From contig NZ_CBDDRA010000001.1 of assembly GCF_965232925.1 (NCBI RefSeq), forward strand, positions 1 to 64,000: a stretch of DNA of 64,000 nucleotides, written 5' to 3'. Source of the DNA: Tumidithrix helvetica PCC 7403. GTDB taxonomy: Bacteria; Cyanobacteriota; Cyanobacteriia; Pseudanabaenales; Pseudanabaenaceae. Both the position numbers and the translations under genes were made by a program. Below are positions 1 to 8,692 of the stretch, piece by piece. Every line of letters begins with the position of its first letter. Position 1 is the stretch's first letter. The notes below the pieces were generated by a model. It was not told the origin of the DNA. It searched no databases and saw only the letters and a program-made list of their open reading frames with translations.

Positions 1-62
1 TGCCCTTCTTCATGTGCTTTGATGATGCATTTTCTCAGGTCTTCTGAATATGCGACTCCCAT
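1..62 (-). mobile_element. IS630/Tc1-family transposase, N-terminal fragment; the gene runs off the window edge
   Basis: The minus-strand ATG at 62 sits behind an AGAGGAAAAG RBS and translates MGVAYSEDLRKCIIKAHEEG, the winged-helix N-terminus typical of IS630 transposases. Only about 20 aa are visible. Confidence 0.4.
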
Positions 63-84
63 TCTTTTCCTCTTTTCTCTAATT

Positions 85-492
85 CTACCTTGTGTCCGTA
101 CTTTCTTGAAAACCGCGATATGATTGGTTATGATGTTCTCTTACTGCTTCATAGAGGCGACGTGACATCTCAATAGGAATTCCAGCAGGAGGACATTGAA
201 CTTTTACCCATTCAATGCCACCTGCAAGAATCACTTTGATCAGGTCAGGTGTGGATTCAAGCAGTTCTAAGAATTTGTGAACGAAACTCTCCTTTTGAGT
301 CTCAGTAGTAGGAGGATAGGTTTGAGCAAGCTGATTTAATATGTCTTGAATCTTTTGGGCAGCTACAGCAAGGTCTTGTTCGGTTATATTTACATTTTGC
401 TGAAATTTGATATTACTATTTTCAGCAGCATAGTTGACACCGATAGTTGCATTGTTTTGATTGAAGTTGATGATTGGTTGTTTGTCAGTCAT
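85..492 (-). CDS. hypothetical protein of 135 aa; its N-terminal motif is duplicated in the upstream ORF
   Basis: An ATG-initiated ORF lying downstream of, and co-oriented with, the NACHT gene. I recognise no family for it. Its N-terminus PIINFNQNNATIGVNYAAENSNIKFQQ is paralogous to the C-terminus of the ORF at 498-884. Confidence 0.45.
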   Translation of the reverse strand: MTDKQPIINFNQNNATIGVNYAAENSNIKFQQNVNITEQDLAVAAQKIQDILNQLAQTYPPTTETQKESFVHKFLELLESTPDLIKVILAGGIEWVKVQCPPAGIPIEMSRRLYEAVREHHNQSYRGFQESTDTR

Positions 493-497
493 GATGG

Positions 498-884
498 TTA
501 GTCCTTTCTAGTTATATCTTTGATAATTTGGTTAAATTTGATATTGCTATTTTCAGCAGCATAGCCAACGCCTATAGTTGAGTGGCTTTGGTCAAAATAA
601 TTGACTATGGGTTTTCCTTGTGTTGACAAGTAAAGATTTTCTCCTTTTTGTGTTTCTAATTCAGAAAGATGGGCGACTTCATAGTTGTAATACTGGCAAT
701 TTAACTGAATGGAAGCGATCGAATATAGTGCCTGTACACCAAACTCAGTTTTGACGAGTTCAAATAACTGAGGTAAATACTCAGCAGCAGAATCTTTTTG
801 AAATTGACTGAAAGCCTGATATACAGAATCTTGAACTAGCTCATCAGGATCTTTTGTAGATTGATTAGGTCTGGAATTGATTCT
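498..884 (-). pseudogene. ATG-less ORF of about 128 codons, paralogous to 85-492 at its C-terminus; a possible frameshift product or decayed gene
   Basis: My own translation of the minus strand runs ...QDSVYQAFSQFQKD...TQGKPIVNYFDQSHSTIGVGYAAENSNIKFNQIIKDITRKD*. There is no in-frame ATG, GTG or TTG between the upstream stop at 885-887 and this point. The frame differs from that of the NACHT gene, which ends at 836. Confidence 0.3.
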
Positions 885-3800
885 CTATCTTGAATTGACC
901 CTAATTCAATAATTGCAGAAGACCTTACTAAGAAGTCAGGATCTTTTAATGCCTTGAGAAGTTCTATTTTCACCTCTGGACAACCTAATTTAATAAGAGC
1001 TTCTAATACATTTCTACGAGTAGTAGAGTCTTCGCATCTTATGGCTTTTAATAGAGATGGACATGCTTTTTTATCTCCGAGTTGTCCTAAAGCTGATGCT
1101 GCACACGCCTTATTCGAGGGATTTTCATTCTCAATGATTTTAATTAATTGTGGTATGGCTTTACTTAGAATTTCAATTTCTTCTGGAAATTGTCGAATTA
1201 ATTTAGCATCTAAAATATTGCAAGCACTAAGTTGAACCCAACTATCTGAATCACTCAATGCTTCTATTACTTTTGACAGCGCATCTCTTCCCAAGAAGGT
1301 ATACAATTTCTGGATTGCATTACCTCTTTGAATGGGAATATTAGATTTTAAAGCAGAAATACACTGTTCTGCTTCTCTTTTTTGTATTGCCTCATGATTA
1401 AGACGTGAAGACTTTATATTTTTCTGGATTTGCAAAGATATTTGATCTCTCACAAATTCCAATGAATGTTCAGATTCCAAATGAACATAATGATCTAAAT
1501 CTAAACGTGCTTCGTTTAAGAGAGGAATAACTTCGCTACCACCTAATTCCCTCAACATTTTTACTACAGTTATTTTAAGTGATACATCTTTACTAGATAA
1601 AACTTTAGACAAGGTATTTAGAACCTTTTGGCGATCAAGTTCTTTTAATGTTTCAACTGCTAGTCTCTTTATTTGACGTTCAGGATTTTCTGTCGCTTTG
1701 AGTAAGCTAAGAATTGCTTCTTCATTCACAAATTTTTGCAATGCGAATACCGCTCTTAGGCGAACATCTACTGATGAGTCATTTTGTAACACTCTATCCA
1801 AAATTGGGATTGCAATGTTATTCTTAGAGTCACCTAAAGCCCAAACTATATTTTCTCGAATTTTAGGGGCTGAGTCTTTCAAAGCAATCTCCGATAGAGT
1901 AATAATTACATCGCAAGGCATTTTTCTTAATGCCCAAGCCGCTCTTCTACGAACATTTTCATTTTGATGGCTGAGTAAAGTTTTGAACCCATCGACAGAT
2001 TGAATTGACTCAGTTTTTTCTAAAAGCGTAATTTTAACAAGGTCAGTCGTATTAATATTTTCAACTAGCTTAACTGTTGTCTCCTGAATTTCTGCTTTTG
2101 CCTCACCTGATAGTCTTGCGCCCAAAAATAAATCAACATCTAAAGCTTGTTGTACGACTTGTTCTACTAAATCATTGATGTCTGGGAACCCAAGCATGAT
2201 AGCGATCGCCTCAGTCCATTTTAGATAATTGAGATAATCCATCTGAAATGGCGTATATTTCTGATCTTCTTTTTTTTCTATAAGTTCAGGTAGCTTAGCA
2301 AGTATATACTCTGCCGCATAGTACTCTTGAAGCGATGGATGGCAAAACTGAACTTTACGACTACCAGCAGTTCCATTACATTGTAATAAATGATTGCTCA
2401 ATAAATTTTTCCGTATTTTTTCTCTGCCAATCAAGGTCAGAACATCTCCTTCATTAAAAGGCTTTTCAGAACGAGTCATTTCAAATGCAAGTAAGCTTAA
2501 CTGGGATCGCATCTCGGTCAAAACAACCCAATCAACTTCATCTTTCGCTTCTCTGGAATAGATATCTGTAAATTCCTGGTAAGCTTCTCCACGAGTATTA
2601 GGAGTCTCTTTAAGAGGATTTTGCTTAAAAATAATGTATAACATCCAAACCATCAGAGGAGTTTGCCCAAAATCACGCACGCGATCGCATAACTCCTGAA
2701 CCCGACTATTACCATGATGATCGGGTAATTTTTCACTAAAAAAGTCTTTAACCTTTTCAGAGCTTAATGGTTGAATTTCTAGCTTTGTCTGGATGCCTAA
2801 ATTACCTACATTAATATCGCGTGTAGTTGCAATCATCGGGAGATGATCACCACAGAAATACTTAAAAGCTCTATATCCATCACTTGATAACTCATTAACA
2901 CCATCTGCAAGCAGCACTAACCGCTTATACTTAATAAGTCTCTTTATATAAGTTATCTGTTCACTTTCCTGCATCTCTTCCAAAAATTCAAATCCTTCAA
3001 ATGCATCTCTAATCAATAGTAAAAAATCTGACTGATTCTGATAATCTTTTAACTTAATTAATAGTGGAATAGGAGAATTTGGATTTTGTAGTGCTTCTTT
3101 TGCCGCTTCAAGCAAAACTTTAGCTAAAATAGTTGATTTACCCGCTCCTGCTTTACCAACAATTAAAACTCGTTCGCTTGAAACTTGGCTAAGTGCATCT
3201 AAAATTGGCAATATAGCTGTCTTATCATCATCACTCGCTGAAAGTGAATTAGTCTCATTATTGAGTTTAGACTTAGGCACCTTTACAGTTAGTTCAAGCT
3301 CCTGCCAAGGTGCATTATTAATTTCATTCATGAAAGAATAAGAATCTTCCCACCAATCTTGATATTTCTGCTTAACAGCCTCTAGATAATTCCCTTCCTC
3401 CAAACTCATCACACCATTTGCTTTTGCACAATCCATTGCTAGTTGCTTTTCTTTTCTTATTTCATCTATTTCATTAATAGTGGCTTGATGGATCTCTTCA
3501 CCACGACGGATAAAAACAGTGCTTTTCGGATATCGCGTTCCATTAGGGAGCATCAGATCGCGGGTTGTTTCATGCAAATAAGGTGTGGGCGGAATAGATA
3601 CTATGAATAGTTGTTTACTATCCATCTCTATGAATTTGCATTGGATATCAGGAATAGGTGGATTACAGCAAGCATTAACTTTTTGAAGGATTTCTTTAGG
3701 AGTCAATGTAATGTGACTACAATCATACAAGTCTCTTGTTCCATCAGATTTCAGTTTGTCTTCAACTCCAACAATCAAAAATGCCGTTTCCCCAGCAGTA

Positions 3801-3964
3801 CCAATATTCCCATTTACTAAAGCCAAAACATCTCTAACAAACTCATCTTGAAATTTAGCTTTCATTGACTTGTCAGATGAATCAACCATGTTCAACTGTC
3901 GCTTGAAGTCAAACTTTAACCCCTCTTTCCTTCCTAGCAATTCCTTAAGTTTTTCAATATTCAT
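836..3964 (-). CDS. STAND NTPase of 1042 aa with N-terminal AlbA_2/Schlafen-like domain, NACHT P-loop NTPase and C-terminal HEAT/PBS-lyase-like repeats
   Basis: The N-terminus LKFDFKRQL...ETAFLIVGVEDK matches the AlbA_2 pattern. Walker A is LIVGKAGAGKST and Walker B is LVLLADGVNEL. C-terminal repeats of the form DVRLRAVFALQKF, ENVRRRAAWALRKM and PKIRENIVWALGDS look like HEAT units. The gene is AT-rich and HIP1-poor compared with its flanks. Confidence 0.8.
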   Translation of the reverse strand: MNIEKLKELLGRKEGLKFDFKRQLNMVDSSDKSMKAKFQDEFVRDVLALVNGNIGTAGETAFLIVGVEDKLKSDGTRDLYDCSHITLTPKEILQKVNACCNPPIPDIQCKFIEMDSKQLFIVSIPPTPYLHETTRDLMLPNGTRYPKSTVFIRRGEEIHQATINEIDEIRKEKQLAMDCAKANGVMSLEEGNYLEAVKQKYQDWWEDSYSFMNEINNAPWQELELTVKVPKSKLNNETNSLSASDDDKTAILPILDALSQVSSERVLIVGKAGAGKSTILAKVLLEAAKEALQNPNSPIPLLIKLKDYQNQSDFLLLIRDAFEGFEFLEEMQESEQITYIKRLIKYKRLVLLADGVNELSSDGYRAFKYFCGDHLPMIATTRDINVGNLGIQTKLEIQPLSSEKVKDFFSEKLPDHHGNSRVQELCDRVRDFGQTPLMVWMLYIIFKQNPLKETPNTRGEAYQEFTDIYSREAKDEVDWVVLTEMRSQLSLLAFEMTRSEKPFNEGDVLTLIGREKIRKNLLSNHLLQCNGTAGSRKVQFCHPSLQEYYAAEYILAKLPELIEKKEDQKYTPFQMDYLNYLKWTEAIAIMLGFPDINDLVEQVVQQALDVDLFLGARLSGEAKAEIQETTVKLVENINTTDLVKITLLEKTESIQSVDGFKTLLSHQNENVRRRAAWALRKMPCDVIITLSEIALKDSAPKIRENIVWALGDSKNNIAIPILDRVLQNDSSVDVRLRAVFALQKFVNEEAILSLLKATENPERQIKRLAVETLKELDRQKVLNTLSKVLSSKDVSLKITVVKMLRELGGSEVIPLLNEARLDLDHYVHLESEHSLEFVRDQISLQIQKNIKSSRLNHEAIQKREAEQCISALKSNIPIQRGNAIQKLYTFLGRDALSKVIEALSDSDSWVQLSACNILDAKLIRQFPEEIEILSKAIPQLIKIIENENPSNKACAASALGQLGDKKACPSLLKAIRCEDSTTRRNVLEALIKLGCPEVKIELLKALKDPDFLVRSSAIIELGSIQDRESIPDLINLQKILMS

Positions 3965-4030
3965 GGCAGAGGCATTAAGAAGGTTACAATTGAGGCAGAG
4001 TGATTGAGTAGCAACTATGCTTGTAATATC

Positions 4031-4291
4031 TCACCTATACACATCCTTCCGATGGGCGATCAAGAAGATTGTAATATTCTTGCTTTTCTCATCAACGAGA
4101 TAAACCACTCTGTAATCACCAATGCGATATCGCCAATAGCCCAAAAAATTTCCTTTTAGTTTCTTAATATCAGAACCTTGATAAGGGTTTTGACTCAAAT
4201 TATCAAAGCATTCATTCAATTGAAGGACTAACTCATTCTCAGCTTTATCGTAGAACTTTTGAGCCTTACGAGTCATCAATATCTCATACAT
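4031..4291 (-). CDS. RelE/ParE-family type II toxin
   Basis: The 86-aa product ends ...RYRIGDYRVVYLVDEKSKNITIFLIAHRKDVY, the RelE/ParE signature. It overlaps the upstream antitoxin ORF by 8 nt. Confidence 0.8.
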   Translation of the reverse strand: MYEILMTRKAQKFYDKAENELVLQLNECFDNLSQNPYQGSDIKKLKGNFLGYWRYRIGDYRVVYLVDEKSKNITIFLIAHRKDVYR

Positions 4292-4535
4292 GGCGGCGAA
4301 TACTTTTGAAAGAAACTACATCCCCTCTTTCAACCTCTCGTAAAGCCTCTTGAAAGTCATTTTCAAAGTTAGGAATACTCAATAACTCATCTGTTGCCTC
4401 ATTGCTTTCTCTTTCGTCCAGATAAGCTAAAAAATCAGCAGCCACGCGCAACCGTTCAGGTGAGAGCCTTTTCAAAATTGCCTCGATCTTTTGGACAGTA
4501 TAGAGATTTTCAGCAATAACTTCCATATAAATCAC
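4284..4535 (-). CDS. type II antitoxin, partner of RelE/ParE; family unassigned
   Basis: A small acidic ORF sits immediately upstream of the toxin and overlaps it translationally, which is the classic TA operon layout. Confidence 0.55.
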   Translation of the reverse strand: MIYMEVIAENLYTVQKIEAILKRLSPERLRVAADFLAYLDERESNEATDELLSIPNFENDFQEALREVERGDVVSFKSIRRHV

Positions 4536-4708
4536 CCGAAATACATACTGCTAACATTTTACAAGAAAATTAAGTTAGGTCGATTTAGCAATCACCTTTA
4601 GCTAGTCTGATGTAGATCGCGACTCTGCCCAAAACAAATGCGATAGCTCGTGCTTTATTTGCTGCAATCGTAAAAAATAATCACATTGTTTACAATATAG
4701 TGTAGCCA

Positions 4709-5017
4709 GTGAACTCAAAACCTTGTATGCGATCGCTAAACACAGAGATCCTTAACGGAGAACCCTATAGCTATTATCCACTTGGACAATACGTCGTTCG
4801 AGCCGTTGGAGTTTGTGGCGATCGCCCAACCTTCAAATATACGCGCATCGAAATTACAGGCGCGATCGAACGGCTAGCTACAGGTGAAAGTATGGATAAC
4901 ATTGTGCAGGGATTTCGCGGACGCGTATCCCGTGAGGCAATTTCAGAAGCTCTCCAAGTTGTAACCACCCATTTTCTTGAAAGTCTTCCAAGTAGCATGA
5001 TTGTCCTTAACGAATAA
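4709..5017 (+). CDS. DUF433-like small protein
   Basis: RPTFKYTRIEITGAIERLATGESMDNIVQGFRGRVSREAISEALQVV follows the DUF433 pattern of GxRpxxxGTRI plus an 'eeIledyp...aL' helix. There is no obvious partner gene. Confidence 0.45.
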   Translation: MNSKPCMRSLNTEILNGEPYSYYPLGQYVVRAVGVCGDRPTFKYTRIEITGAIERLATGESMDNIVQGFRGRVSREAISEALQVVTTHFLESLPSSMIVLNE

Positions 5018-5125
5018 CTTATTGCGATCTCTTATACATTCTTTACGACGAGGTACACAGAAGCTAAGATGGCGCGATGTAGAATCGCTATGCTCCTTAT
5101 TTGTTAATAATTTCAGTCTAAGCCT

Positions 5126-6025
5126 ATGTTTGAAGTCTCAGTTCCTGCCACCACTGGTAATCTTGGTCCCGGGTTTGACTGTTTAGGTGCAGCCCTATCG
5201 CTTTATAACAAGTTTCAGTTTGCGGTGTCAGACGAGCTGAAGATTACAGCCTCTGGGGCAGGGGCAGATAAAGTTGCGAAAAATAAATCCAACCTTGTTT
5301 ACGAGAGCTTAGAAAAGTTTTATGCCCATATCGGTCAGCCAAAACCAATTATCTCTCTACATATTGATGCTCAGGTTCCGCTAGCAAGGGGGTTAGGTAG
5401 CTCGGCAACGGCAATTGTGGGTGGATTGGTAGGGGCAAATCTCTTGGCTGGCTCCCCTCTAGATCAAAAAGATTTGCTGCAATTGGCGATCGACATGGAG
5501 GGACATCCCGATAATGTCGTACCTGCCATGTTAGGCGGCTGCTATTTGATGGCTTCCAATAAAAGTGGCGGATGGGAATTTTGTCCAATTAACTGGCATA
5601 AACAGGTGGCGATCGCGATCGCCATTCCCAACTTTGAGCTTTCGACTGCCAAAGCCCGTCAAGTTTTGCCCCGCGACGTTCCGATGAAAGATGCCATCTT
5701 TAATGCCTCGCACTTAGCCCTGTTAACCCACGCCCTTACCACGGGCAATCAAGATTGGCTGCAATCGGGCTTGCAAGATCGCCTCCATCAACCCTACCGT
5801 CAAAGCCTAATTCCGGGGATGGAAGCCGTCCAGAAAGCGACGATCGAGGCAGGAGCCTATGGCATGGTGATCAGTGGGGCTGGCCCAACCCTATTAGCGC
5901 TTGGTAGCCCTGCTAAAATAGAAGCAGTAGCAGAAGCAATGCGTGCGGCTTGGCAAGAAACGGGTATGATTTCGACAGCGAAATGCCTCGCGATCGCCAA
6001 GAATGGCACAACTATTACAGGTTAA
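5126..6025 (+). CDS. thrB: homoserine kinase (GHMP kinase family)
   Basis: PATTGNLGPGFDCLGAAL is the GHMP motif, and the 299-aa length and overall layout match ThrB. Confidence 0.9.
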   Translation: MFEVSVPATTGNLGPGFDCLGAALSLYNKFQFAVSDELKITASGAGADKVAKNKSNLVYESLEKFYAHIGQPKPIISLHIDAQVPLARGLGSSATAIVGGLVGANLLAGSPLDQKDLLQLAIDMEGHPDNVVPAMLGGCYLMASNKSGGWEFCPINWHKQVAIAIAIPNFELSTAKARQVLPRDVPMKDAIFNASHLALLTHALTTGNQDWLQSGLQDRLHQPYRQSLIPGMEAVQKATIEAGAYGMVISGAGPTLLALGSPAKIEAVAEAMRAAWQETGMISTAKCLAIAKNGTTITG

Positions 6026-6199
6026 TTGCCTGAAGCACTTCAGCTACCTTAGCTTGCTACGGTTGACTACAGCGCTGAGACTGCGATCGCTTTGACGATC
6101 TGCGATCGGCGGTAGTGTATATTGTGGCTAATCTTTGTAGGCTAAAATCTCTATAGGTCTCTCGGTTAATATTCATTTTGTCAGTCGTTTGGAATCTCT

Positions 6200-6460
6200 A
6201 TGACTAAATTCCAGTTTCTTCTGGTCTCAGCCCTAGTAACCTCGGTCGTTTTCCTATTTATCGGCAGCCGTGATAGTAACTCACTGGCAGCCATGTTTCC
6301 CGTGGTCGCAATTATGACCCTCTCAGCACTGGCAAATCGCTTTGTTTCTGAGCCTGTCTGGGAAAAAGTGGCAATTTGGGCAAATACGACTGCTGGTCGC
6401 CGGATCTTTCGGACAAAGCAAAAACGCTTGCCCCCTTCTAGATCTCGCCGCATCCGCTAG
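6200..6460 (+). CDS. small membrane protein, hypothetical
   Basis: Two hydrophobic segments are followed by a basic tail. It ends 3 nt before the next co-oriented gene. I preferred it over the overlapping antisense ORF 6181-6453. Confidence 0.35.
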   Translation: MTKFQFLLVSALVTSVVFLFIGSRDSNSLAAMFPVVAIMTLSALANRFVSEPVWEKVAIWANTTAGRRIFRTKQKRLPPSRSRRIR

Positions 6461-6463
6461 CCA

Positions 6464-7465
6464 TTGATTGGGATTTCTAATTCTTTGAGTAAACTAACTT
6501 CACCCTTACGCGTTGGTATTGTTGGTACTGGCTTTGTTGCCAAGTTACGCGCTGAAATTTTAAGCCAAGATCCGAGGGTACAACTCAAAGCGATCGCAGG
6601 TAGCGCCGACAAAGCCAATGCCCTTGCCCAAGCCTTTAATATCGAAGCCCATTCCTATTGGTCTGAGCTAGTGGTCAGACCCGATCTCGATCTCGTGGTT
6701 GTTGCCAATGTCAATCGCGATCACGGTGCAGTTGTGGCTCAAGCACTTAGAGCGGGTAAGCATGTCATTGTCGAATATCCTCTAGCCTTTAGCTATTTCG
6801 AAGCGGAAGCTCTCGTGCAATTGGCTCAAGCCAACCATTTACTCCTCCATGTCGAACATCTCGAACTGCTCGGTGCGGTTCATCAAACTGTCACAAAGGT
6901 TTTGCCAGACCTAGGGGAGCCATTTTATGCGCGTTATGTGACTCAAAATCCCCAGCGTCCAGCCCCAGATAAATGGACCTATATGCCAGAGCTGTTTGGG
7001 TTTCCCTTGGTCGCCGCAGTTTCGCGCGTGCATCGATTGACGGCTCTATTTGGTAAAGTCAAGTCGGTTGCTTGTCAGTTGCGCTATCAAGGCGATGCCT
7101 TGCCTCGACGATATACTTCTTGTATTTGCAACGCCCAGCTTCAGTTTGTCAGTGGGCTAGTTGCCGATATTAGCTACAGCAAAGGCGAACATCTGTGGAA
7201 ATCAGAGCGCAGTATGGAGATTCAAGGTAGCAGTGGTGCTGTTTTATTTGAGGGTGAGTCGGGCAAATTAATTACGGCAGATGGTGAAACCGTACTTACC
7301 GTCGATAGTCCTAAGGGTCTGTTTAAACGCGATACAGAAAATGTTTTAGACTATTTGTTTGATGGCGTTCCACTCTATACCAATTCGGACAGTTCGCTCC
7401 ACGCGATCGCAGTCGCCTGCGCTGCCGAAAAAGCGGCAAAAACAAATACTGTGATTGAAGTTTAA
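6464..7465 (+). CDS. Gfo/Idh/MocA-family NAD(P)-dependent oxidoreductase
   Basis: The N-terminal Rossmann fold VGIVGTGFVA is followed by the EYPLA motif characteristic of this family. Confidence 0.85.
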   Translation: MIGISNSLSKLTSPLRVGIVGTGFVAKLRAEILSQDPRVQLKAIAGSADKANALAQAFNIEAHSYWSELVVRPDLDLVVVANVNRDHGAVVAQALRAGKHVIVEYPLAFSYFEAEALVQLAQANHLLLHVEHLELLGAVHQTVTKVLPDLGEPFYARYVTQNPQRPAPDKWTYMPELFGFPLVAAVSRVHRLTALFGKVKSVACQLRYQGDALPRRYTSCICNAQLQFVSGLVADISYSKGEHLWKSERSMEIQGSSGAVLFEGESGKLITADGETVLTVDSPKGLFKRDTENVLDYLFDGVPLYTNSDSSLHAIAVACAAEKAAKTNTVIEV

Positions 7466-7657
7466 AGCGATCGCTGAGAAATCGATTTGCGTATGAGAAG
7501 ATACATAAGAAAACTGTAAGAGAGTGTTTGAGAAGTTAAGCAAGTCGCTTTAGGAGAATTTGAATCATCGCCTCAGGTGGCGCTAGTTCCAACCTCAAAA
7601 TTACGGTTAAGTGTGCATTTCCCAAGAAACCTGCCTAATTTTTAAACATTCCCCGCT

Positions 7658-8692
7658 ATGGCAATCAACAAAGTACTGCTGCTATCAGCCAATCCAACCA
7701 ATACCGATCGCTTGCGGGTAGAGGCAGAATTTCGCGAAATCGAGACCTGTTGTCAAAAATCGACGTTACGCGATCGCTTTGCGATTGTGGCAAAAGGAGC
7801 CTTACGGATTGAGGATCTGCAACCCGTTTTGATTCAAGAAGCACCCAAAGTGGTGCATTTTTCGGGACATGGGGCAGCAGAGAATGGATTGGTTTTAGAA
7901 ACGGATGCAGGCACATGGGAACTGGTTGCCACAGAACCCCTCGCGGAACTGTTTCGCATTCTCCAAAATGGTATTGATTGCGTCGTGTTAAATGCTTGTT
8001 TCTCTCAGGTGCAGGCAGAGGCGATCGCCCATCATGTGCCCTACGTCTTGGGCATAAATCAGGCAATTGGCGATACGGCAGCGATCGCATTTGCCAAGGG
8101 ATTTTATGGCGCACTGTTTGAAGGCAAATCGGCGAAGGATGCCTTTGAGTTGGGCAAAAATCGCATCGCCTTAAAAAATATTCCCGAAGTTCAAACACCA
8201 GTTCTGATAGAACGCCACGGCGGAACACATCCCCAAAATGGGAATCGCATCCCCAACCAAGTTTTACCACTCCAGATCGCGCTAGAAGAACCCGAAGGAA
8301 CGGTACGAATTGGTTTGCAATTCTACATTCCCCGATCGCCTCAAGAAGAAGGCGCCTACGAAGCGATCGCCCGCCTCCATGCTCTCTTTCGTTTCAAGTC
8401 TCCCGATCGCATGGGCAAATCTTCGCTCTTAGTGCGAACCTTAGAAGAAGCCCGTCGATTGGGCAACCGCACGACATGGAGCGACCTGCAAAAATGCGAT
8501 CGCAAATTCCTAGAAAACATGGATCGGTTTTTGCAATGGTTCTGTGTTGTGATTGGACGCAATTTGGGCGTGAAAGCCAAACCAACCGATAGATGGGATG
8601 ATGTTTTTGGCGCCAATGGTATCTGTACGGAATTTTTTGAAGAACATCTGATCGGCGAGGATTATGAAAAAACTTTTGCAACTGGGGCTTAG
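7658..8692 (+). CDS. CHAT-domain (caspase-like) protease fused to a truncated AAA-like (AAA_35) domain
   Basis: The catalytic dyad context is VVHFSGHG ... CVVLNACFS. The N-terminus KVLLLSANPTNTDRLRVEAEFREIE is typical of cyanobacterial CHAT proteins. The C-terminus FRFKSPDRMGKSSLL...FLQWFCVVIGRNL matches the start of the cyanobacterial AAA-like domain, but the ORF stops before the expected Walker B. Confidence 0.75.
   Translation: MAINKVLLLSANPTNTDRLRVEAEFREIETCCQKSTLRDRFAIVAKGALRIEDLQPVLIQEAPKVVHFSGHGAAENGLVLETDAGTWELVATEPLAELFRILQNGIDCVVLNACFSQVQAEAIAHHVPYVLGINQAIGDTAAIAFAKGFYGALFEGKSAKDAFELGKNRIALKNIPEVQTPVLIERHGGTHPQNGNRIPNQVLPLQIALEEPEGTVRIGLQFYIPRSPQEEGAYEAIARLHALFRFKSPDRMGKSSLLVRTLEEARRLGNRTTWSDLQKCDRKFLENMDRFLQWFCVVIGRNLGVKAKPTDRWDDVFGANGICTEFFEEHLIGEDYEKTFATGA

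Noticed and set aside
954-1967. Plus-strand ORFs 954-1235 and 1698-1967 inside the NACHT gene
   Set aside because: They are antisense to a long motif-bearing CDS, their products are low-complexity Ser/Phe/Leu-rich, and they show no RBS. I treated them as shadow ORFs of an AT-rich gene.
6181-6453. Minus-strand ORF overlapping the small membrane-protein ORF
   Set aside because: The plus-strand frame has TM segments and is co-oriented and near-contiguous with the following oxidoreductase gene. The antisense frame is Arg-rich with no features.
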